A stretch of DNA of 64,000 nucleotides, from contig CAXKVF010000084.1 in the NCBI GenBank assembly GCA_964057225.1, positions 62,001-126,000 on the forward strand. Reading direction: 5' to 3'. Numbering within the stretch: position 1 is the stretch's first letter; every line of letters begins with the position of its first letter. This DNA comes from Auanema rhodensis. Lineage: Eukaryota > Animalia > Nematoda. Below are positions 53,301 through 64,000 of the stretch, piece after piece. A model generated the notes under the pieces. It was given only the letters and a program-made list of their open reading frames with translations. It was not told where the DNA came from and searched no databases. Position numbers and translations under genes: made by a program.

Positions 53301-56300
53301 CACATCACGTGTACATTTAATTAGCATAAATTAAAGTTCACGTAAATTTCAAAGTCATGGTTACCATGAACCAATATCAATAAAAATTTGTTTTTAGACT
53401 AATATGGACATGGGGAATCTAATTTTGAAAACCGCATCTCTTTATCTTTCACGTGAAGCGAGTTACATACCAAGTGCACATCACGTGTACATTTAATTGG
53501 CATAAATTAAAGTTCACGTAAATTTCAAAGTCATGGTTACCATGCACCAATATCAATAAAAATTTGTTTTTAGACTAATATGGACATGGGGAATCTAATT
53601 TTGAAAACCGCATCTCTTTATCTTTCACGTGAAGCGAGTTACATACCAAGTGCACATCACGTGTACATTTAATTAGCATAAATTAAAGTTCACGTAAATT
53701 TCAAAGTCATGGTTACCATGAACCAATATCAATAAAAATTTGTTTTTAGACTAATATGGACATGGGGAATCTAATTTTGAAAACCGCATCTCTTTATCTT
53801 TCACGTGAAGCGAGTTACATACCAAGTGCACATCACGTGTACATTTAATTAGCATAAATTAAAGTTCACGTAAATTTCAAAGTCATGGTTACCATGAAGC
53901 AATATCAATAAAAATTTGTTTTTAGACTAATATGGACATGGGGAATCTAATTTTGAAAACCGCATCTCTTTATCTTTCACGTGAAGGGAGTTACATACCA
54001 AGTGCACATCACGTGTACATTTAATTAGCATAAATTAAAGTTCACGTAAATTTCAAAGTCATGGTTACCATGAAGCAATATCAATAAAAATTTGTTTTTA
54101 GACTAATATGGACATGGGGAATCTAATTTTGAAAACCGCATCTCTTTATCTTTCACGTGAAGGGAGTTACATACCAAGTGCACATCACGTGTACATTTAA
54201 TTAGCATAAATTAAAGTTCACGTAAATTTCAAAGTCATGGTTACCATGAACCCATATCAATAAAAATTTGTTTTTAGACTAATATGGACATGGGGAATCT
54301 AATTTTGAAAACCGCATCTCTTTATCTTTCACGTGAAGCGAGTTACATACCAAGTGCACATCACGTGTACATTTAATTAGCATAAATTAAAGTTCACGTA
54401 AATTTCAAAGTCATGGTTACCATGAACCAATATCAATAAAAATTTGTTTTTAGACTAATATGGACATGGGGAATCTAATTTTGAAAACCGCATCTCTTTA
54501 TCTTTCACGTGAAGCGAGTTACATACCAAGTGCACATCACGTGTACATTTAATTAGCATAAATTAAAGTTCACGTAAATTTCAAAGTCATGGTTACCATG
54601 CACCATTATCAATAAAAATTTGTTTTTAGACTAATATGGACATGGGGAATCTAATTTTGAAAACCGCATCTCTTTATCTTTCACGTGAAGCGAGTTACAT
54701 ACCAAGTGCACATCACGTGTACATTTAATTAGCATAAATTAAAGTTCACGTAAATTTCAAAGTCATGGTTACCATGCACCATTATCAATAAAAATTTGTT
54801 TTTAGACTAATATGGACATGGGGAATCTAATTTTGAAAACCGCATCTCTTTATCTTTCACGTGAAGCGAGTTACATACCAAGTGCACATCACGTGTACAT
54901 TTAATTAGCATAAATTAAAGTTCACGTAAATTTCAAAGTCATGGTTACCATGCACCAATATCAATAAAAATTTGTTTTTAGACTAATATGGACATGGGGA
55001 ATCTAATTTTGAAAACCGCATCTCTTTATCTTTCACGTGAAGCGAGTTACATACCAAGTGCACATCACGTGTACATTTAATTAGCATAAATTAAAGTTCA
55101 CGTAAATTTCAAAGTCATGGTTACCATGAACCAATATCAATAAAAATTTGTTTTTAGACTAATATGGACATGGGGAATCTAATTTTGAAAACCGCATCTC
55201 TTTATCTTTCACGTGAAGCGAGTTACATACCAAGTGCACATCACGTGTACATTTAATTAGCATAAATTAAAGTTCACGTAAATTTCAAAGTCATGGTTAC
55301 CATGCACCATTATCAATAAAAATTTGTTTTTAGACTAATATGGACATGGGGAATCTAATTTTGAAAACCGCATCTCTTTATCTTTCACGTGAAGCGAGTT
55401 ACATACCAAGTGCACATCACGTGTACATTTAATTAGCATAAATTAAAGTTCACGTAAATTTCAAAGTCATGGTTACCATGCACCAATATCAATAAAAATT
55501 TGTTTTTAGACTAATATGGACATGGGGAATCTAATTTTGAAAACCGCATCTCTTTATCTTTCAAGTGAAGCGAGTTACATACCAAGTGCACATCACGTGT
55601 ACATTTAATTAGCATAAATTAAAGTTCACGTAAATTTCAAAGTCATGGTTACCATGAACCAATATCAATAAAAATTTGTTTTTAGACTAATATGGACATG
55701 GGGAATCTAATTTTGAAAACCGCATCTCTTTATCTTTCACGTGAAGCGAGTTACATACCAAGTGCACATCACGTGTACATTTAATTAGCATAAATTAAAG
55801 TTCACGTAAATTTCAAAGTCATGGTTACCATGCACCATTATCAATAAAAATTTGTTTTTAGACTAATATGGACATGGGGAATCTAATTTTGAAAACCGCA
55901 TCTCTTTATCTTTCACGTGAAGCGAGTTACATACCAAGTGCACATCACGTGTACATTTAATTAGCATAAATTAAAGTTCACGTAAATTTCAAAGTCATGG
56001 TTACCATGCACCAATATCAATAAAAATTTGTTTTTAGACTAATATGGACATGGGGAATCTAATTTTGAAAACCGCATCTCTTTATCTTTCACGTGAAGCG
56101 AGTTACATACCAAGTGCACATCACGTGTACATTTAATTAGCGTAAATTAAAGTTCACGTAAATTTCAAAGTCATGGTTACCATGAACCAATATCAATAAA
56201 AATTTGTTTTTAGACTAATATGGACATGGGGAATCTAATTTTGAAAACCGCATCTCTTTATCTTTCACGTGAAGCGAGTTACATACCAAGTGCACATCAC

Positions 56301-59300
56301 CTGTACATTTAATTAGCATAAATTAAAGTTCACGTAAATTTCAAAGTCATGGTTACCATGAAGCAATATCAATAAAAATTTGTTTTTAGACTAATATGGA
56401 CATGGGGAATCTAATTTTGAAAACCGCATCTCTTTATCTTTCACGTGAAGCGAGTTACATACCAAGTGCACATCACGTGTACATTTAATTAGCATAAATT
56501 AAAGTTCACGTAAATTTCAAAGTCATGGTTACCATGAACCAATATCAATAAAAATTTGTTTTTAGACTAATATGGACATGGGGAATCTAATTTTGAAAAC
56601 CGCATCTCTTTATCTTTCACGTGAAGCGAGTTACATACCAAGTGCACATCACGTGTACATTTAATTAGCATAAATTAAAGTTCACGTAAATTTCAAAGTC
56701 ATGGTTACCATGCACCAATATCAATAAAAATTTGTTTTTAGACTAATATGGACATGGGGAATCTAATTTTGAAAACCGCATCTCTTTATCTTTCACGTGA
56801 AGCGAGTTACATACCAAGTGCACATCACGTGTACATTTAATTAGCATAAATTAAAGTTCACGTAAATTTCAAAGTCATGGTTACCATGAACCAATATCAA
56901 TAAAAATTTGTTTTTAGACTAATATGGACATGGGGAATCTAATTTTGAAAACCGCATCTCTTTATCTTTCACGTGAAGCGAGTTACATACCAAGTGCACA
57001 TCACGTGTACATTTAATTAGCATAAATTAAAGTTCACGTAAATTTCAAAGTCATGGTTACCATGAAGCAATATCAATAAAAATTTGTTTTTAGACTAATA
57101 TGGACATGGGGAATCTAATTTTGAAAACCGCATCTCTTTTTCTTTCACGTGAAGCGAGTTACATACCAAGTGCACATCACGTGTACATTTAATTAGCATA
57201 AATTAAAGTTCACGTAAATTTCAAAGTCATGGTTACCATGAAGCAATATCAATAAAAATTTGTTTTTAGACTAATATGGACATGGGGAATCTAATTTTGA
57301 AAACCGCATCTCTTTATCTTTCACGTGAAGCGAGTTACATACCAAGTGCACATCACGTGTACATTTAATTAGCATAAATTAAAGTTCACGTAAATTTCAA
57401 AGTCATGGTTACCATGAACCAATATCAATAAAAATTTGTTTTTAGACTAATATGGACATGGGGAATCTAATTTTGAAAACCGCATCTCTTTATCTTTCAC
57501 GTGAAGCGAGTTACATACCAAGTGCACATCACGTGTACATTTAATTAGCATAAATTAAAGTTCACGTAAATTTCAAAGTCATGGTTACCATGCACCAATA
57601 TCAATAAAAATTTGTTTTTAGACTAATATGGACATGGGGAATCTAATTTTGAAAACCGCATCTCTTTATCTTTCACGTGAAGCGAGTTACATACCAAGTG
57701 CACATCACGTGTACATTTAATTAGCATAAATTAAAGTTCACGTAAATTTCAAAGTCATGGTTACCATGCACCAATATCAATAAAAATTTGTTTTTAGACT
57801 AATATGGACATGAGGAATCTAATTTTGAAAACCGCATCTCTTTATCTTTCACGTGAAGCGAGTTACATACCAAGTGCACATCACGTGTACATTTAATTAG
57901 CATAAATTAAAGTTCACGTAAATTTCAAAGTCATGGTTACCATGAAGCAATATCAATAAAAATTTGTTTTTAGACTAATATGGACATGGGGAATCTAATT
58001 TTGAAAACCGCATCTCTTTATCTTTCACGTGAAGCGAGTTACATACCAAGTGCACATCACGTGTACATTTAATTAGCATAAATTAAAGTTCACGTAAATT
58101 TCAAAGTCATGGTTACCATGAACCAATATCAATAAAAATTTGTTTTTAGACTAATATGGACATGGGGAATCTAATTTTGAAAACCGCATCTCTTTATCTT
58201 TCACGTGAAGCGAGTTACATACCAAGTGCACATCACGTGTACATTTAATTGGCATAAATTAAAGTTCACGTAAATTTCAAAGTCATGGTTACCATGCACC
58301 AATATCAATAAAAATTTGTTTTTAGACTAATATGGACATGGGGAATCTAATTTTGAAAACCGCATCTCTTTATCTTTCACGTGAAGCGAGTTACATACCA
58401 AGTGCACATCACGTGTACATTTAATTAGCATAAATTAAAGTTCACGTAAATTTCAAAGTCATGGTTACCATGAACCAATATCAATAAAAATTTGTTTTTA
58501 GACTAATATGGACATGGGGAATCTAATTTTGAAAACCGCATCTCTTTATCTTTCACGTGAAGCGAGTTACATACCAAGTGCACATCACGTGTACATTTAA
58601 TTAGCATAAATTAAAGTTCACGTAAATTTCAAAGTCATGGTTACCATGAAGCAATATCAATAAAAATTTGTTTTTAGACTAATATGGACATGGGGAATCT
58701 AATTTTGAAAACCGCATCTCTTTATCTTTCACGTGAAGGGAGTTACATACCAAGTGCACATCACGTGTACATTTAATTAGCATAAATTAAAGTTCACGTA
58801 AATTTCAAAGTCATGGTTACCATGAAGCAATATCAATAAAAATTTGTTTTTAGACTAATATGGACATGGGGAATCTAATTTTGAAAACCGCATCTCTTTA
58901 TCTTTCACGTGAAGGGAGTTACATACCAAGTGCACATCACGTGTACATTTAATTAGCATAAATTAAAGTTCACGTAAATTTCAAAGTCATGGTTACCATG
59001 AACCCATATCAATAAAAATTTGTTTTTAGACTAATATGGACATGGGGAATCTAATTTTGAAAACCGCATCTCTTTATCTTTCACGTGAAGCGAGTTACAT
59101 ACCAAGTGCACATCACGTGTACATTTAATTAGCATAAATTAAAGTTCACGTAAATTTCAAAGTCATGGTTACCATGAACCAATATCAATAAAAATTTGTT
59201 TTTAGACTAATATGGACATGGGGAATCTAATTTTGAAAACCGCATCTCTTTATCTTTCACGTGAAGCGAGTTACATACCAAGTGCACATCACGTGTACAT

Positions 59301-59308
59301 TTAATTAG
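50333..59308 (+). repeat. 24-monomer (4224 bp) block duplicated at 27-monomer (4752 bp) offset: 50333-54556 and 55085-59308
   Basis: CACCTG, CTCTTTTTC, ATGAGG, AATTGGCAT, GAAGGGAG (twice) and AACCCAT variants all recur 4752 bp later. Confidence 0.92.
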
Positions 59309-62225
59309 CATAAATTAAAGTTCACGTAAATTTCAAAGTCATGGTTACCATGCACCAATATCAATAAAAATTTGTTTTTAGACTAATATGGACATGGGGA
59401 ATCTAATTGTGAAAACCGCATCTCTTTATCTTTCACGTGAAGCGAGTTACATACCTAGTGCACATCACGTGTACATTTAATTAGCATAAATTAAAGTTCA
59501 CGTTAATTTCAAAGTCATGGTTACCATGAAGCAATATCAATAAAAATTTGTTTTTAGACTAATATGGACATGGGGAATCTAATTTTGAAAACCGCATCTC
59601 TTTATCTTTCAAGTGAAGCGAGTTACATACCAAGTGCACATCACGTGTACATTTAATTAGCATAAATTAAAGTTCACGTAAATTTCAAAGTCATGGTTAC
59701 CATGAACCAATATCAATAAAAATTTGTTTTTAGACTAATATGGACATGGGGAATCTAATTTTGAAAACCGCATCTCTTTATCTTTCACGTGAAGCGAGTT
59801 ACATACCAAGTGCACATCACGTGTACATTTAATTAGCATAAATTAAAGTTCACGTAAATTTCAAAGTCATGGTTACCATGCACCAATATCAATAAAAATT
59901 TGTTTTTAGACTAATATGGACATGGGGAATCTAATTTTGAAAACCGCATCTCTTTATCTTTCACGTGAAGCGAGTTACATACCAAGTGCACATCACGTGT
60001 ACATTTAATTAGCGTAAATTAAAGTTCACGTAAATTTCAAAGTCATGGTTACCATGAACCAATATCAATAAAAATTTGTTTTTAGACTAATATGGACATG
60101 GGGAATCTAATTTTGAAAACCGCATCTCTTTATCTTTCACGTGAAGCGAGTTACATACCAAGTGCACATCACGTGTACATTTAATTAGCATAAATTAAAG
60201 TTCACGTAAATTTCAAAGTCATGGTTACCATGAAGCAATATCAATAAAAATTTGTTTTTAGACTAATATGGACATGGGGAATCTAATTTTGAAAACCGCA
60301 TCTCTTTATCTTTCACGTGAAGCGAGTTACATACCAAGTGCACATCACGTGTACATTTAATTAGCATAAATTAAAGTTCACGTAAATTTCAAAGTCATGG
60401 TTACCATGAACCAATATCAATAAAAATTTGTTTTTAGACTAATATGGACATGGGGAATCTAATTTTGAAAACCGCATCTCTTTATCTTTCACGTGAAGCG
60501 AGTTACATACCAAGTGCACATCACGTGTACATTTAATTAGCATAAATTAAAGTTCACGTAAATTTCAAAGTCATGGTTACCATGCACCAATATCAATAAA
60601 AATTTGTTTTTAGACTAATATGGACATGGGGAATCTAATTTTGAAAACCGCATCTCTTTATCTTTCACGTGAAGCGAGTTACATACCAAGTGCACATCAC
60701 GTGTACATTTAATTAGCATAAATTAAAGTTCACGTAAATTTCAAAGTCATGGTTACCATGAACCAATATCAATAAAAATTTGTTTTTAGACTAATATGGA
60801 CATGGGGAATCTAATTTTGAAAACCGCATCTCTTTATCTTTCACGTGAAGCGAGTTACATACCAAGTGCACATCACGTGTACATTTAATTAGCATAAATT
60901 AAAGTTCACGTAAATTTCAAAGTCATGGTTACCATGAAGCAATATCAATAAAAATTTGTTTTTAGACTAATATGGACATGGAGATTCTAATTTTGAAAAC
61001 CGCATCTCTTTATCTTGCACGTGAAGCGAGTTACATACCAAGTGCACATCACGTGTACATTTAATTAGCATAAATTAAAGTTCACGTAAATTTCAAAGTC
61101 ATGGTTACCATGAACCAATATCAATAAAAATTTGTTTTTAGACTAATATGGACATGTGGAATCTAATTTTGAAAACCGCATCTCTTTATCTTTCACGTGA
61201 AGCGAGTTACATACCAAGTGCACATCACGTGTACATTTAATTAGCATAAATTAAAGTTCACGTAAATTTCAAAGTCATGGTTACCATGCACCAATATCAA
61301 TAAAAATTTGTTTTTAGACTAATATGGACATGGGGAATCTAATTGTGAAAACCGCATCTCTTTATCTTTCACGTGAAGCGAGTTACATACCAAGTGCACA
61401 TCACGTGTACATTTAATTAGCATAAATTAAAGTTCACGTAAATTTCAAAGTCATGGTTACCATGAACCAATATCAATAAAAATTTGTTTTTAGACTAATA
61501 TGGACATGGGGAATCTAATTTTGAAAACCGCATCTCTTTTTCTTTCACGTGAAGCGAGTTACATACCAAGTGCACATCACGTGTACATTTAATTAGCATA
61601 AATTAAAGTTCACGTAAATTTCAAAGTCATGGTTACCATGAAGCAATATCAATAAAAATTTGTTTTTAGACTAATATGGACATGGGGAATCTAATTTTGA
61701 AAACCGCATCTCTTTATCTTTCACGTGAAGCGAGTTACATACCAAGTGCACATCACGTGTACATTTAATTAGCATAAATTAAAGTTCACGTAAATTTCAA
61801 AGTCATGGTTACCATGAACCAATATCAATAAAAATTTGTTTTTAGACTAATATGGACATGGGGAATCTAATTTTGAAAACCGCATCTCTTTATCTTTCAC
61901 GTGAAGCGAGTTACATACCAAGTGCACATCACGTGTACATTTAATTAGCATAAATTAAAGTTCACGTAAATTTCAAAGTCATGGTTACCATGCACCAATA
62001 TCAATAAAAATTTGTTTTTAGACTAATATGGACATGGGGAATCTAATTTTGAAAACCGCATCTCTTTATCTTTCACGTGAAGCGAGTTACATACCAAGTG
62101 CCCATCACGTGTACATTTAATTAGCATAAATTAAAGTTCACGTAAATTTCAAAGTCATGGTTACCATGCACCAATATCAATAAAAATTTGTTTTTAGACT
62201 AATATGGACATGAGGAATCTAATTT

Positions 62226-62335
62226 TGAAAACCGCATCTCTTTATCTTTCACGTGAAGTGAGTTACATACCAAGTGCACATGAAAACCGCATCTCTTTAT
62301 CTTTCACGTGAAGCGAGTTACATACCAAGTGCACA
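62226..62335 (+). other. Out-of-register junction: a 55-bp segment appears twice (62226-62280, 62281-62335), equivalent to loss of 121 (+ n x 176) bp
   Basis: ...CAAGTGCACAT|GAAAACCGC...: monomer pos 157 is joined to pos 103 with a single shared T. Confidence 0.95.
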
Positions 62336-64000
62336 TTACGTGTACATTTAATTAGCATAAATTAAAGTTCACGTAAAATTCAAAGTCATGGTTACCATGC
62401 ACCAATATCAATAAAAATTTGTTTTTAGACTAATATGGACATGGGGAATCTAATTTTGAAAACCGCATCTCTTTATCTTTTACGTGAAGCGAGTTACATA
62501 CCAAGTGCACATCACGTGTACATTTAATTAGCATAAATTAAAGTTCACGTAAATTTCAAAGTCATGGTTACCATGCACCAATATCAATAAAAATTTGTTT
62601 TTAGACTAATATGGACATGGGGAATCTAATTTTGAAAACCGCATCTCTTTATCTTTCACGTGAAGCGAGTTACATACCAAGTGCACATCACGTGTACATT
62701 TAATTAGCATAAATTAAAGTTCACGTAAATTTCAAAGTCATGGTTACCATGCACCAATATCAATAAAAATTCGTTTTTAGACTAATATGGACATGGGGAA
62801 TCTAATTTTGAAAACCGTATCTCTTTATCTTTCACGTGAAGCGAGTTACATACCAAGTGCACATCACGTGTACATTTAATTAGCATAAATTAAAGTTCAC
62901 GTAAATTTCAAAGTCATGGTTACCATGAACCAATATCAATACAAATTTGTTTTTAGACTAATATGGACATGGGGAATCTAATTTTGAAAACCGCATCTCT
63001 TTATCTTTCACGTGAAGCGAGTTACATACCAAGTGCACATTACGTGTACATTTAATTAGCATAAATTAAAGTTCACGTAAAATTCAAAGTCATGGTTACC
63101 ATGCACCAATATCAATAAAAATTTGTTTTTAGACTAATATGGACATGGGGAATCTAATTTTGAAAACCGCATCTCTTTATCTTTCACGTGAAGCGAGTTA
63201 CATACCAAGTGCACATCACGTGTACATTTAATTAGCATAAATTAAAGTTCACGTAAATTTCAAAGTCATGGTTACCATGCACCAATATCAATAAAAATTT
63301 GTTTTTAGACTAATATGGACATGGGGAATCTAATTTTGAAAACCGCATCTCTTTATCTTTCACGTGAAGCGAGTTACATACCAAGTGCACATCACGTGTA
63401 CATTTAATTAGCATAAATTAAAGTTCACGTAAATTTCAAAGTCATGGTTACCATGAACCAATATCAATACAAATTTGTTTTTAGACTAATATGGACATGG
63501 GGAATCTAATTTTGAAAACCGCATCTCTTTATCTTTCACGTGAAGCGAGTTACATACCAAGTGCACATTACGTGTACATTTAATTAGCATAAATTAAAGT
63601 TCACGTAAAATTCAAAGTCATGGTTACCATGCACCAATATCAATAAAAATTTGTTTTTAGACTAATATGGACATGGGGAATCTAATTTTGAAAACCGCAT
63701 CTCTTTATCTTTCACGTGAAGCGAGTTACATACCAAGTGCACATTACGTGTACATTTAATTAGCATAAATTAAAGTTCACGTAAAATTCAAAGTCATGGT
63801 TACCATAAACCAATATCAATAAAAATTTGTTTTTAGACTAATATGGACATGGGGAATCTAATTTTGAAAACCGCATCTCTTTATCTTTCACGTGAAGCGA
63901 GTTACATACCAAGTGCACATCACGTGTACATTTAATTAGCATAAATTAAAGTTCACGTAAATTTCAAAGTCATGGTTACCATGAAGCAATATCAATAAAA

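Larger units (their letters stand above)
1..64000 (+). repeat. Tandem satellite DNA array, 176-bp monomer, about 363 copies; candidate centromeric/pericentromeric satellite of unrecognised family
   Basis: The monomer start motif recurs at 1, 177, 353 ... 2641 (15x176+1), 5281 and onward. Phase is perfect to 41713, then shifts by four 1-bp deletions and one +55-bp junction. The array runs off both window ends. The repeat is certain; centromeric identity is inference. Confidence 0.99.

Noticed and set aside
1-64000. CRISPR array or other repeat-spacer cassette
   Set aside because: There are no unique spacers; variation is limited to scattered SNPs in contiguous monomers.
1-64000. Inversions, transposon insertions or telomeric repeats
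   Set aside because: None seen; every monomer is in the same orientation and phase is fully accounted for.

Overview
The whole 64 kb window is one uninterrupted head-to-tail tandem array of a 176-bp AT-rich satellite: about 363 monomers, about 32% GC by hand count of the consensus, all in one orientation. Consensus from position 1: CATAAATTAAAGTTCACGTAAATTTCAAAGTCATGGTTACCATG[A/C]A[G/C]CAATATCAATAAAAATTTGTTTTTAGACTAATATGGACATGGGGAATCTAATTTTGAAAACCGCATCTCTTTATCTTTCACGTGAAGCGAGTTACATACCAAGTGCACATCACGTGTACATTTAATTAG. I see no genes, RNA genes, transposon insertions, CRISPR spacers or unique sequence. The single 60-aa ORF results from one stop-destroying SNP. Monomer size, homogeneity (mostly 0-3 differences from consensus) and richness in dyad symmetries resemble a eukaryotic centromeric or pericentromeric satellite, but I do not recognise the family or organism and centromere function is inference. 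The information lies in the SNP pattern, typed by eye. It shows about 7 spatial domains with private variants, nested block duplications (42-mer/7392 bp, 24-mer at 27-monomer offset, 11-, 9-, 8-, 6-, 5- and 4-mers), chimeric monomers at crossover points, one apparent short gene-conversion tract, an inherited 1-bp deletion lineage, and one out-of-register junction at 62281 that coincides with a domain switch. I found no evidence of a new protein-coding system. Positions written 'pos N' are within the 176-bp monomer.
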